Below, in pieces: positions 12,301-25,362 of a stretch of 64,000 bases of DNA (positions within the stretch are counted from its first letter, which is position 1; each line of letters starts with the position of its first letter). Below the pieces are notes generated by a model, which did not search any database, was not told the origin of the DNA, and saw nothing but the letters and a program-made list of their open reading frames with translations. The DNA is taken from positions 145,700,001 to 145,764,000 of the forward strand of contig OZ024743.1 of NCBI GenBank assembly GCA_964016885.1, given 5' to 3'. The DNA comes from Eledone cirrhosa. Lineage: Eukaryota. A program made the translations under genes and the position numbers.

Positions 12301-12301
<1 letters not shown>

Positions 12302-12331
<30 letters not shown>

Positions 12332-12710
12332 CTTCTTCTTGAGAGGGTCGTCGGGGGCAGAATCCTCAAACACTCCTTCCAGCGCGGGTCCTGTCAGAAG
12401 CAACCGTCTCCAACTGATCTGGCTGGATCCACAAGCGAGACCAGCCGAATTGAAAAGAGCGAATTTGGCGTTTACACCTATCTCTTTTATCCTGATTACC
12501 GAATGCTGGAGCTGGCGCATTACTGCACCAGCTCCTGCAATTATTGCACTTAATTCAGCCTCTTGCCTTCCATTACTCGTGAACACGTTCCCGAGATACT
12601 TGAACTTCTCTACCTGCTTCAGTGAAACTCAATTTATATGTAGAATGCCGGCTTCCTTGTGTCTTAGTTTTCACAGCATTGATTTTCATTCCAGCCATGC
12701 AGCACTCTAT
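12302..12710 (-). mobile_element. RTE LINE 3' fragment with (GAA)n tail
   Basis: QVEKFKYLG then FTSNGRQEAEL...GAVMRQL; ends in (GAA)n at 12302-12340. Confidence 0.75.
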
Positions 12711-12714
12711 TAAA

Positions 12715-13230
12715 AAAGAACAGTGTTTGTACTTTATCGGTTTCGCTTAAACAGCTTTTCAAAAGTTGATTTCTGTTTCTTGTTCTGTCTTTATATGTAT
12801 TTTCCTTGTGGTCATTTATTTGGGGTGGGATTTCGCCGGAATTATTTATGTACACCCGAATTTTAAATAAGTTATTTCCTCTTGGTGGTCTATATATGTG
12901 TTTGAGTGAAAGGAATTCACTGATTCACTTTTATCAAAGTGTCTGTCTGAGTTTAGTCTATATTGGTGTTTTCTTTGGTAAGTTGAGTGTTAGGCTTGTG
13001 TTATGTGAGTGATACCAGCATAGTTTTTTGTGTTCTTCATTTTTGTTTTCATCAAAAATGTTTTTTTCTGGGCTCTCTATTTTAAATTGTTCTTAATAGT
13101 TTGAAAAACAGTTTACGTTTTCCTCACATCTTCGTAATGAGATTCGTTCCTTGTTTTCACATTCTTGTTTCCATATTTCATAAACTTGATCTAGTAGTTC
13201 TCCGTCGTAATCTGTTGGTGATTTATATAT
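12715..13230 (-). mobile_element. Possible old L1-like ORF2 relic
   Basis: A-rich minus strand; ...LLKSCLSETDKVQTLFF weakly resembles the L1 C-terminal Cys/His region. Confidence 0.3.
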
Positions 13231-13934
13231 AAGAGGGTGGACTCTCATAAGAGCAATATCGAATACAAGTCTATCTCCTTATCAATACCTTTTATTGCAT
13301 CAAAAATATTACATAACAACCTTATTACTTAAGCTGCTGTCTGAAGAAGTCGTGTTGGTAATTGCGAGGTCGCAACACCACGCTATTATTAACGCTATAG
13401 AAATACGTGATTATGAATAAAATTATGAATAACTACTAGTCTTCGCATTTTATCAGTATTTTACGTATATTCTGTCGTAAACTACCAAACTTGTCTTTTA
13501 GGAATCTAACACCGTGTTATCTGATCCTGCTATTTCAGTCCCTTTTGTGCTTGCTTATTTTTTTCCAGACATATATTTGCAATCTTTGTGTTCAGCTTGC
13601 TTGTTTGTTTGTCTGTGTGTGGTTTGCAGATGCATTCTGTTTCTTGTGTTGTTCATCTCTTCTGAACGACACCTTGAAGTGTTGTGGCTCTAAACTATGA
13701 TTTCCAGACTTTGGCTACCGAAAAACCGGAAGTTTAGAGGGTCGGCTGAAGATCGAATTTTCCTTATATTCATTTTATCGGTCACGTACCCCAATTTTAT
13801 CCCGCTCCTTCATTCCTTTTTGTTTATATATATTAATGCACACTCACACATACATTCACACATACATATATCTATAGAGAGAGAGGTAGATAGATATAGA
13901 GTTAGATAGCTAGCTAGCTTGATAGATAGATATA

Positions 13935-15530
13935 TTTCTTTTATTTGCCACTAGGGCATCAATAGTGGGACAAGTACAAAGGGGGGAGTTTACACAAAAA
14001 GGCGTCCTCAATAAGGAGGAGGCAATAACAAAATATAAAAATAAAATAAGATATAACAAAAAATAAAATTTTTAACAAAATCCTCAATAGAGAGGAGGCG
14101 CCTTGGGGGGTCGCACACACCCCCGAAAAAAGTGTGCAACCCTTCTCCTCAGGAGCACAGAGAAGGGGTGCTCCCTTGGTCTTTCATCTTCCTCACCTAT
14201 AGTCTGATGTAGAGTGAAGGCCCATTCACACGGGCCATTCTCGCCACTTTCACCCATCTTTCATAGAAACGGCTGGGGTGCAGCACCTCTCTCTCCATCC
14301 TGATCCTTCTTCCGAAATGATATCGGAAGAAACGGACCAGTTGTTGGCCAGAGAGAAAGGTGCCCGACCTCAGTCCTTTCAGACGCGTCCACCATACAAC
14401 CTCTTTCGCCATGGCTATTACGCACAGAAACACCGCCTCTGCTTCATCTTTGAAGGGGGGAGGCGGCTTGATCATTACAATAGACTCGGTGGTCAACCGG
14501 ATCGGTCCCACCCTTGACAGCAGTTGTTCGACATAGCCCCACAGATCGGCTACGCCCGAGCAGTGTACTAATGCGTGTGCAACGGTTTCCTCGTCGCACA
14601 CGCATCTGGGACAGATCTTTTTGGCGGGGTCCCTACCCGGGCGCCCGTGTCTGTAGAGCCTTTCTCGAACGGGTAAAGCCCCTCGGTAGCACTGCCAGGC
14701 CAGGGACTTCTGGAAGTTGTCCATAGGTCCCGGGCTGAATGTCCTACCGAACAGGCTGGCCAGTTCGTCCTCCTCCATGTCTAGGGCTTCTCCGAGGGCG
14801 TCGTCGCACCTGCTGCGTACCAGCCCTCTATAGAATGTTGCGGTGGAGTCTCCACTGATAACCGGATCCGCCTGCCAGAGGGCGGTGAGCGCCTGGGCAC
14901 ACTCAGTGTGCCAGGCGCCCAGTTTTCTCGGTCTTTGCTTGACCCAGGATTGCAGCTCGGTGAGTGAGACGAGTCTGGGAAAGGTTCGTCTCACAAACGA
15001 GGCCCACACCGGTTGTCCGGTGAGGAATACGTAGAGGTGCCGTAGCCTTAATGCGTGTTTACGCATCATTAGCCACGGCATCCCCAGCCCTCCTTTCGAA
15101 GGGTGTTGACAGCAGATGGATCTCCTCACCATAGGAGCCCGCCTCTTCCAAAGGAATTGGAAGAGCGCGCGCTCCATCTTGGTGAGGGTTTCCCTTGGGC
15201 AGGGCACTACGGTCAGGCGGTAGTAGATGACGGACGCTATGTAGGTGTTCGCCACCTCCGCCCGACCTTTCAGGGATAGTTTGCAACTGGCCCACTTCTG
15301 GGTCAGTGCAAACACCCTGTTCGTAACCTCCGCCCAGTTTTTCTCCACCTGGAGGTCCGGTCCGAACCAGACCCCGAGCAACTTCACCGGGCCCTCCGTC
15401 CAGCGTCCGACGACGCCATCGGAGGGCATCGGTCTGCCCCTCCACGTGCCGAGTTGCAAACCGATCGACTTGTCCCGGTTCAGCTTAGCCCCTGTGAACT
15501 TTTCGTACTCCTCCAGTAAGGTGCCGACCG
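13935..15530 (-). mobile_element. 5'-truncated Tx1-clade LINE, copy A
   Basis: Open ORF2 C-terminal half (VKLLGVWF, GGLGMP, CPRC..ETVAHALVHC); 3' UTR ends gtggcaaataaaagaaat into TATC repeats; 5' break also abuts (GATA)n. Confidence 0.9.
14197..15530 (-). CDS. Tx1 ORF2 C-terminal portion (RT thumb, zf-RVT-like CCHC region), uninterrupted
   Basis: Part of ORF 14197..15720; LINE homology starts at VGTLLEEYEKFTGAKLN. Confidence 0.75.
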
Positions 15531-15548
15531 AGATAGATAGATAGATAA

Positions 15549-15622
<74 letters not shown>
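15531..15622 (+). repeat. (GATA)n tract between Tx1 copies A and B
   Basis: Directly visible. Confidence 0.97.
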
Positions 15623-15855
15623 TTCTTTATTTGCCACAAGGGCGGACAAGAAAAGGGGACAATACAAAGACATGCCAGGGATTTTACATACAGTCGTGTA
15701 AAAAATATAAAAACAAACAATTACAAGAATCGAAATCCCCAATAGGGGGGAAGCGTCACAAATGGGTTGTTTAATACCCCGTCGATAGAGCAACCCTCAA
15801 CTCCAGGAGCGTGTTGTGCAAATTCTCCTTTCTTCCTTTTGCTCTCTTCTTCAAC

Positions 15856-18800
15856 CTACAGGCTTATAAACAGAGAAGGCCCAATCACTCGGGCCATTTT
15901 CGCTTCATTCACCCACTTTTCAGTAAATTTACTGGGGTGCAGTGCCTCTCTCTCCACTCTGATTCTCCTTCTAAAGTGATACTTAAAGAAGGGAATCAAT
16001 TGTTGTCCGGAGAAAAAGGCATCTGTCCTCAGTCCTCTCAATCTCGTCCACCATATAACTTCTTCCACCATAGCCACCGTACAGAGGAAAACCGCCTCTC
16101 TTTCGTTTTTGAAAGAGTCTGGCGGTTTGATCCTTACTATGGACTCGGCAGTCAACTGGATTTGTCCCATACGCGACAGCAGTTGTTCTGCGTAGTTCCA
16201 CAGGTCGGTTACGCCCGGGCAGTGTACAATTGCGTGCAGGACTGTTTCAATGTCCTGCGCGCATCTTGGACACGTCCTCTTGGAAGGATCCCTGCCGGGG
16301 CGTCCGTGCCTGTAGATCTTGTCACGAACCGGTAGAGCTCCTCGGTAGCACTGCCAGGCCAGGGACCTCTGGAAGTTGTCCATAGGTCCCGGGCGGGAAT
16401 TCCTACCAAACAGACTGGTGAGCTCATCGTCTTCGACGCCCAGAGTCTCTCCGAGCTCGTCGTCGCCCTTGTAACGTACAATCCCTCTATAGAACGTCGA
16501 CGTGGAGTCTCCACTGATTGCTGCGCCCGCTTTCCAGAGGACTGTGAGCGCCTACAGTGCCCACACTGGTTGGGGGTCGGTGAGGAATACCTGGAGATGC
16601 CGCAGCCTCAGCGCGTGTTTGCGCATCATCAGCCACGGCATTCCCAGCCCTCCGTTTGAAGGGTGCTGACAGCAGACGGATCTCCTCACCAGCGGAGCCT
16701 GCTTCTTCCAAAGGAACTGGAAGAGCATGCGTTCCATCTTGGTGAGGTGTTCACGAGGACAAGGCACGACGGTCAAGCGATAGTAGATGACGGACGCTAT
16801 GAAAGTGTTCGCCACCTCCGCTCGACCTTTCAAGGACAGTTTGCACTCTGCCCACTTCTGGGTGAACGCAAACACCTTGGCCGTGACCTCGTTCCAGTTT
16901 TTCTCCACCTGGAGGTCTGGACCGGACCAGACCCCGAGCAATTACACCGGACCGTCCGTCCAGCGTCCAACGACGCTGTCGGACGTCATCGGTTTGCCTC
17001 TCCACGTACCGAGTTGCAAACTGACAGACTTGTCCGGGTTTAGTTTTGCTCCCGTCAGCGTTTCGTATTCTTTCAGTAAGTTGCTGATCACCCCGATTTC
17101 CGAGGTGCTCGGCACCATTATCGTCACGTCGTCGGCATAAGCCGATGCCGCTTTGCGCAGTCCCGGTTCTAGAGGGATGCCCTGTAACAGCTCCAATTTC
17201 CGCAGTAGTGGCTCTAGAGTCAATACATACAGAATGGAGGAGAGAGGGCACTCCTGTCGAATGGAACGCGTGATTGCGAACGGCTCCGATAGGTAGCCGT
17301 TCACCTTGACCCTCGAGCATATGCTGGTTTTGAATCGCCTCGATCCAGCCTCTGAAAACGGGACCGAAACCGGCCGCCTTGAAGACCTCTTCCAAGTATC
17401 GATGGTAGACCCTATCGAATGCCTTAGACTGATCCAAATTGATCAGAGCCCCACCGAAGCCGGGTTTACTACCCACCCTCTCTATGGTGTATCGCATGAG
17501 GTGGAGGTTGTCGTGTATGGACCTGGTCGGAATTGCATACGTTTGCGCTTTCCCTACCAGGTTCTCGACGACAAGCGCCAACCTCGTCACTAGCACCTTG
17601 GCCAAAATCTTTAACTCTGTGTTGAGCAGATTTATGGGCCTGAAGTTGTTAATTTCGTCCCTCTTGTTCTCGTCTTTCCTGATCAGCGTTACTACCCCCT
17701 TGCCTGCAGAACTGGGAATTCTCCCGTTCTGCTACCAATTGCAGTAGACAGCTTAGATGACCCCAGAGAACAAATCCAGCATGCCTATGTAAAACTCATA
17801 GGGTAGACCATCTAGACCGGGTGACTTGCGTTTCCCGCAGCGACCCAGAGCGTCCCGAATTTCAGTGTCCCTGATCGGTCTTTCGCAGAACTTGGCGTCC
17901 GTGTTCGAGAGACGCGGCAGGCCGTCGAGGTATGAACTAAAGTCCATTGCGCCGTTCGGCTCACCGTCGTTCTGCTCAAACAGTCACGCAAAGTGCTGCT
18001 GAAAGGCCGCGCACATTTGCTTGGCGTCAAGTAGCACGCGTCCGTTTTGGTCTCTCAAAGACCGAATCGTGGACTTGTTGCCACTTTTTGCCTCTGCCAC
18101 TCGGGCCCAGCTGACAGCTTTCGCTCCTTCGTTTCCTAGAGCACGTGTTTTGCTCCTGGCCTTCGTGTTTCGCATCGAAGAACTGGTCCAGTGCCGTTCT
18201 CGACGCTAACACTCTAGCCGCGTTGCCACTTCTAAGTGCCTCCTCTACCTTGGCTACTAGTTCTCTTTCTAGTTTGTTTTTTCTCTAAGGCTAACTCTCT
18301 GCTAAATCCTATCGATTATATTCTAATTGCTTTCTTGAGAGAGTACCACCATCTATTGTTGACGATGGCTCCCGTTAACTGTTGCTTGACTAGTCAACTT
18401 ATCCGTTCACTGTAAGCTTTACGTGCCGGCAACGACACGTTCAGCTTCCAGTATCCGGGTCCTTGTTTATGTGTTCTATCACGGTTGACTAAGCAGACGA
18501 CTAATTTGTGATCTGAATAGGCAACCATGTGCATTCGTTGACAGCTTAACATCTCCTTGTCCCTTTCTCTAATGAAGAACCTATCTAAATACGATCTAGA
18601 TGTCCCGCTGCGGTTTGCCCACGTCCACAGTGGTGCAGTCGGGAAATCCAGTCGATACCTATCGGCCAGTTGGAATCGGCCGATTAAAGTTTTGCGGCTG
18701 TTTCACCCCCACCCCCACCTCCACCTCACCCCACCCCTCTACTGGGACATGCTCCCACATAGTCCTATCGTGCGTCTAGGATACCATTCCAGTCCCCCAC

Positions 18801-19220
18801 TAAAAGTAAGGAGCGAGACGTTCCCAGAAAAGACTCTAGACGCTTAAAGAAGTCTGGCCGTGATTGCGATTGCCCGGTCGGAGCATAAACGGCCACCAGT
18901 CTGAAGGCTCCACCTCCAATACTGTTCACGCCTAGGACTACCAGTCTACTCTCCGGGTCCAAGTGTACTTGCTGTACTTCGACGTCAAGGTTCTTTCGAA
19001 ACATGACAGCCACTCTACCTCCACCTCCTGGCTGACAGAGAGATGCGTAGATCTCAAAGTCGTCGAAGATGGGGGTTAGTTGTTGCCTGTTGTGGATCCT
19101 GGACTCGGTGATGGCTATCACATCCATACCGTGTGACCTAAGGTCGTTTAAAAGTTGGCCCTGTTTCCAGGGCATCCCTAGGCCACGCACATTTACGCTT
19201 CCAACTCGTAAACTAACCAT
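15856..19220 (-). pseudogene. Tx1 ORF2: APE endonuclease, reverse transcriptase, C-terminal zinc finger (disrupted)
   Basis: SVNVRG, IAITES, VYAP, GDWN, SDHK, GPGYWKLN, KSPGLDGLPYEFY, LDQSKAFDRV, RQECPLS, YADD, CPRC..ETVLHAIVHC across frameshifted ORFs. Confidence 0.9.
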
Positions 19221-19261
19221 GTTGGTGAAGAAGAGTTGGAGAAAAAGGACGAAAGGTGCAC

Positions 19262-20828
19262 TTACCTTTTCGTTTCCTGGAGATCGGGTTGTTCAATCTC
19301 CATTTGGGTGCTGGATGGGGTGTTGGGTGGGGTGGGGAAACATTTTAACAGGACGCGGTTGATGGGTTTATGGCAGAGGCTGCCCACGTCCTGTGAAAAT
19401 TTATTTTTCAGGTCATTATAGGTTTCCATAGAAACCCTTATAAGTTTAAGGTGTGGAGACGATTCTGCCTTGACGAAAGTTTTGCCCTCCGTCTCCACCT
19501 TGGAGTTTTGGGAGATGACCTCCATCAAACTCTTGTTGTTTGTGTTGATGTATGCGCATTGTTGTTTGTGTTTTTGTTGTGTTGTTTTAGTTTTTTGTTC
19601 ATCCGGGAGTTTTCTTTTTATGGTGGGTGCTTGTATTTGGGTGGTGTTGGTGTTGGTTTTGCTGGTAGGGGGATGTTTGACTGTGGTGTTGTTTATGTTG
19701 TTGTTTGTGTCTGTGGTTGTGTGTTGGTGTTGGTGATTGGAGTTTTGGGGGCTTTGTGGTGTCTCTTTTTTTGTTTTTTTAGATTTCCACGGCTCTCCCC
19801 CTTCTTCATTTAAAGAAGGAGAAGCAGCTTCATCCGTCGATGAATAATCATCGTCAGGTGTGTGGGGTAGGGTTATGTTGTGTGGTGGTGGTGTTTCGGT
19901 GTGTGTGTTTGTAGTAGTGTTTGAGGGAGTGGGATGGGGTGGGCTGTGTTCTTCAGGGGTGTTGTCTCTGTTTTTTCTGTTGTTGTTGGTTGAGTGTCTG
20001 TTTGTTTTGGTGTGGTTGCTCGTTTCGTCTGTCGTTGTACTTGTGGTGGTGGTGTTGGTTGTTTTGGTGTTGGTGTTGGTAATAGTGTTTTTTTAATGAT
20101 GTTGTTGTTGTGTGTTTGTGAAGGACAAGAGGTTTTTAGGTGTGCTGTGCTACCACAGCGAAAGCAATGAAATTTTCGTCCTTCTACCGAAATGTTTATT
20201 TTGTTGTTATCATCGATGACGACTCTTTCGGGTATTTTGGAGAATCTCTCCGACCTCATTTGCAACAGAGTCTCTAAATCAGTACCCGTCCACCTTTGTC
20301 GAATAGACTTTCGTATCGAAAGAATCATATCAGTTTCTGGCTCTACGAAGCCAGCCAAGATCCACCAGATGTTAATGTTTGGGGGTATATATATTTTTTT
20401 TATTTGTGTCCTTTTTCCCATGTATCTAGGGAAAAAGGTGAATGCTTTTGACACCATTGGTGTCACAGAATATTTTTGGGCGAGTGTCTCGCTTTTAAAC
20501 AGTACTGAAACACTTCCGTACTGTTTTCCTTGTTGGAGTAAATCGATATTTGCTAGAATTTCCTTGAAAGTAGCTTCTATATCTGCTTGGCTAACAAATA
20601 TCAGCTTTCTCGTGGAATTGGACACAGTCCTAAAGGTGACTGATCTTCGAACTGTGTCTTCCTTTAAAGGGGTGAGTTAATTCTAAATCCACCTTTCTCT
20701 TCGAACGTTACAAATTTTCTCCCTTGCTGGAGCATATCTCTTGCATTGGAGATGTCAAGATTTATAAAATCTTGTTTTTTGTTCAGTTTCAGCGAAAGAC
20801 ATTTTCTTTTTTTTTGGTGTGGTGTTGC

Positions 20829-20874
<46 letters not shown>

Positions 20875-21210
20875 ATCGTTATCGTTGTTAGCCTCGGTAT
20901 TGGAAATCTCAGTTCCTTGACGAGGTGAAACATTATGTGTAGATGAATCTGTGGAGTTGTTGATGTCTTTTTCATGTGTATGTATGTTAATAGGTTTAAT
21001 TTCTGTGTTTTCATGTGAGTTAGTGTTATTTTTCTCCGCTTCGGCGGTAGGAATTGTACAATTTTCGAGTGGTAACATTTTTTTCTCTTTGTTGACAGTC
21101 GTATCTATGACAACGTCCATAGTAGCAGAAGCAGATATAACGTTGAAATCTGCCTCTTTCTCTCTATTTTCTCTATTGACGTTCTCCAGCGTTCCCTTCG
21201 TGTTATTCAT
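19262..21210 (-). pseudogene. Tx1 ORF1 (gag-like nucleic-acid-binding protein, disrupted)
   Basis: CFRCGSTAHLKTSC zinc knuckle (CX2CX4HX4C), Asn/Thr/Pro low-complexity linkers; lies upstream of ORF2. Confidence 0.8.
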
Positions 21211-21416
21211 GTTTGCAAAATTTGATATTTTAAAACAATTTTTAAATTAAATTTTCGCCCCTAAAGGGGAGAAAAATGGGATTACTACGCAGCTGACAAT
21301 TCAGCTTGGGGGTTAATCTACAAAATAATATGTTTTTTCAAACAATTTGTTCTGTTTTTCGTATATAAATTTACAAAAAATCTTACCGGCGATGTTTCAC
21401 GCGTCAGACAGAAAGA

Positions 21417-21417
21417 G

Positions 21418-21489
<72 letters not shown>
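21417..21489 (+). repeat. (GATA)n tract between Tx1 copies B and C
   Basis: Directly visible. Confidence 0.97.
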
Positions 21490-22627
21490 TTCTTTATTAG
21501 CCACAAGGGCGCAACAAGAAAGGGGACAATACAAAGACATGCCGGGGATTTTACATACAGTCGTGTAAAAAATATAAAAACAAACAATTTCAACAATCGA
21601 AATCCCCAATGGGGGGGAGGCGCCACAAATGGGTTGTTTAATACCCCGTCGATAGAACAACCCTCAGCTCGAGGAGCGTGTTGTACAAGTGCTCCTTTCT
21701 TCCTTTTGCTCTCTTCCTCAACCTAAAGGCTTATACACAGAGAAGGCCCAATCACTCGGGCCATTTTCGCTTCATTCACCCACCTTTCAGTAAATTTACT
21801 GGGGTGCAGTGCCTCTCTCTCCACCCTGATTCTCCTTCTAAAGTGATACTTAAAGAAGGGAATCAATTGTTGTCCGGAGAGAAAGGCATCTGTCCTCAGT
21901 CCTCTCAACCTCGTCCACCATATAACTTCTTTCACCATAGCCACCGTACAGAAGAAAACCGCCTCTCTTTCGTTTTTGAAAGAGTCTGGCGGTTTGATCC
22001 TTACTATGGACTCGGCAGTCAACTGTATTTGTCCCATACGCGACAGCAGTTGTTCTGCATAGTTCCACAGGTCGCTTACGCCCGGGCAGTGTACAATTGC
22101 GTGCAGAACTGTTTCAATGTCCTGCGCACATCTTGGACACGTCCTCTTGGAAGGATCCCTGCCAGGGCGTCCGTGCCTGTAGATCTTGTCACGAACCGGT
22201 AGAGCTCCTCGGTAGCACTGCCAGGCCAGGGACCTCTGGAAGTTGTCCATAGGTCCCGGGCGGAAAGTCCTACCAAACAGACTGGTGAGCTCATCGTCTT
22301 CGACGCCCAGAGTCTCTCCGAGCACGTCGTCGCCCTTGTAACGTACAATCCCTCTATAGAATGTCGAAGTGGAGTCTCCACTGATTGCTGCGCCCGCTTG
22401 CCAGAGGACTGTGAGCGCCTGAGCGCATTCAATGTGCCAGGCGCCCATCGTTTTCGGTCTTTTCTTCACCCAGGACTGCAGCTCCGTTAGCGAGACGAGC
22501 TGTGGGAAAGCCTGTCTCACAAACGGTGCCCACACCGGTTGGGGGTCGGTGAGGAATACCTGGAGATGCCGCAGCCTCAGCGCATGTTTGCGCATTCCCA
22601 GCCCTCCGTTGGAAGGGTGCTGACAGC
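21490..22627 (-). mobile_element. 5'-truncated Tx1-clade LINE, copy C (same subfamily as B)
   Basis: Near-identical to 15623-16670; 5' break abuts (GATA)n at 22628-22651. Confidence 0.92.
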
Positions 22628-22819
22628 GATAGATAGATAGATAGATAGATATGTGTGTGTGTTTGTGTGTGTGTCTGTCTGTCTGTGTGTGTGTGTATTT
22701 GGAAAATGGCTTACTAAACACTTCAAATCTCTTTTCCTTCTATATTAAATGTTAAACTAATGTATATTTTCATTGTACTGTATCATTTCCCTGTATTGTT
22801 TATCCGTATATTTTCACAT

Positions 22820-22842
22820 ACATACATATATATATGTGTGTG

Positions 22843-22909
<67 letters not shown>

Positions 22910-23056
22910 TATTTGCTACAAATACTACCATTTAACAAGAGTACAGGAACGAAAGTATGTATTTGTAACAAAGATGAGATTCTTTCTTTCTTTCTTTCTC
23001 TCTGTCTCTCTCTCTGTTTCTCTCTCTCTCTCTTTCTCTCTTTCTCTCTCTTTATT

Positions 23057-23095
<39 letters not shown>

Positions 23096-23178
23096 CTCTT
23101 TCTCCCTTTCTCTCTCACACACACACACTCTCTCACACACATACACACTCTCTCTCTCACTCTCTCTCTCTCTCTCTG
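22820..23178. repeat. Compound microsatellites (TA, TG, TC, TATC, CA)
   Basis: Directly visible. Confidence 0.92.
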
Positions 23179-24722
23179 CACCTCTTGGTGTGCCACTTTT
23201 CATATTTATTTCTTGTCCAAGTGTATTAGAAGTGATTGTGGAAAAGAAAAAAACACACTAATGTTACTTATTCAAACTGACTGAGATAAGTTAAGCAATG
23301 TGAATAAGAAAATGTCTTTTGAAAATGCAATACGTCATGAAATGGAGAGAACTACATTAAAATCATTGTTCAGTCACGGAAAATGTGTCCAGTGACACAG
23401 CAGAATTAATGTGATAGATCGGCATCTGTCTGAGAATATAGCTTTCAGGCATATACAAGTCAGTAATAATATGTAAAGTAAAGTAAATAGAAAAATAAAT
23501 AAATAAAAAGAAAGAAAGCTTTCACAAAGATATGAACCCTTGTGTTTAGAAAAGACCCCCAAATGAAGTAAGTTTCTTGAGGTAAGTGGAAATCTAATAA
23601 CTGCTTAAATCTTCTGAAAATTAACGTCTTTTCATATTTGACGTCAAAATTATGTCTCTTTTTTTGTTGTTGATACGATTCGTAATCGAAGAGAGCTATG
23701 TTTCTTAATGATTCAATTCATAACATTATTTAATAATGTTAAATTTAGCAGCAACTTTTCAGTAAATGAAATTCAGAAGTTACTAACATAATTTTAGTTG
23801 TTCAGAAAGAATAAGCAAACCTGAATATTGGATTTGGAGGGGGTATAGTATCCAAAACTGTATAACTTTCAATTTAAATTATCTATAAATATTAATAAAC
23901 TATAACATATCACCTCCAGATAAGAGTTCAAGAGTGAGCTACGCTGATAACAATTTGTGCAAACCTGACCTGATATCTTCATTATGAGTTTGATATCAGA
24001 CTATTGAATACGGTATCTGTTACTAAATCAATAGAAGAAAGAAACATTCTCTGGTGATACGATAGGAAATTAATATTCAATTAATTTGAGGTGATTAGGT
24101 TAAAGAAATCAGAATAAAAGCAATATTCGCAATATTTAAAAAGTTAAGTATATAAAGTGTTTGGTCATTCAGTATGTAAATGGCATCAACCATAATTAAA
24201 CGCCAAATTTTTCGCATTTGAACTACTTTTCCGGTGGACTCAATTCCCCACTACAGTTTCTATAACCACCCTTTACCCTTGCTCTCACACGCAAACACAC
24301 GCACATACACACACACAACTTCAGCTACTACACAATACACACCCACATTTACAACATTCGTATATACCACCCAACACACATATACCTCTGCACTCACATA
24401 ACCCTCAAAATCCTACTTTCTGGTGCATGCACGCGTATGTGCGCACGCCCGCACACACCACCAACACACACACTGACATCCCAGGGCTCTTGCTTAAGGA
24501 TGCGTGTGTGCTTGTGATCGCGTGGCACCAAGTGCCGCGGCTGTGGTACCGTTGGTGTTGAATCTTCCCAACATTCTCTCCGTCCCCACCACCTTTCAGC
24601 TCTATCCCCCTCCACGCATGGACTGACTTCACACTTTGTAGTTCAGCAACTTGTGGTTGTACCACCATATTGTCGGCTATACCACAAAAGGAAATATATA
24701 AGATAGCGATCATATTTGCTAC

Positions 24723-25063
24723 CGCATCCTTTGCAAGACAACCTCTTGAGACTGTTTTAAGTATGTGTGTATATATGTAAACGCAGAATTTTTGCCATCT
24801 GCAAGCGACGCCTGGGCTGGTTTGGGCACGCTTTGAGACTTCCCCCGGAGAGACTGGCGAACCAAGTACTTAAATGGAACCCACAGGGAAGCAGACGGAG
24901 GGGGCGACCCAAAATGAACTGGCGCCAGACAGTTGAGAGGGACCTGCGAGCGACAAACAGACAATGGCGGGACGCTGTGCAACTGGCTGCTGACCGAACG
25001 CGGTGGAACACTTTGATTGCCTCATGTGTCGCAAGACGCGGGAGCTTCTGAGTCTGAGTCTGA
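24723..25063 (+). mobile_element. RTE LINE 3' end with (CTGAGT)n tail
   Basis: RRLGWFGHALRLPPERLANQVLKWNPQGSRRRGRPKMNW...DRTRW, typical RTE C-terminus, followed by a short tandem tail. Confidence 0.85.
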
Positions 25064-25362
25064 GAATTTAATATACATATTTATATACTTTCCTACGTTA
25101 GTCAGTTCAAGGACGCGCTCACTCACAAAACTTTGCACAAACAAACAAACCTACACACGCATATGTACATACATGTGCACGCAAAATATACAATGATTAG
25201 CTCCCTTTCTAAACCTCTCTAATACCTAAGATAACCACTAACCAGCATATCTCCAAAATGACTGACTGAATACACACATGCTTATTCTCAAAAATGGTTT
25301 TTTTTCGATCCTTTTTCTTCTCACTCTCTATCTGTCTATTTCATCTTTTATTTCTCATTCTA

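Larger units (their letters stand above)
15623..21412 (-). mobile_element. Near full-length Tx1-clade LINE, copy B (5' UTR, ORF1, ORF2, 3' UTR)
   Basis: ORF1 with CCHC knuckle, ORF2 APE-RT-zinc finger, both ends abut (GATA)n; several frameshifts. Confidence 0.92.

Noticed and set aside
13336-13415. CUGAAGA...GAAA spacing suggestive of a hammerhead
   Set aside because: No stem I partner and no valid UH cleavage site.
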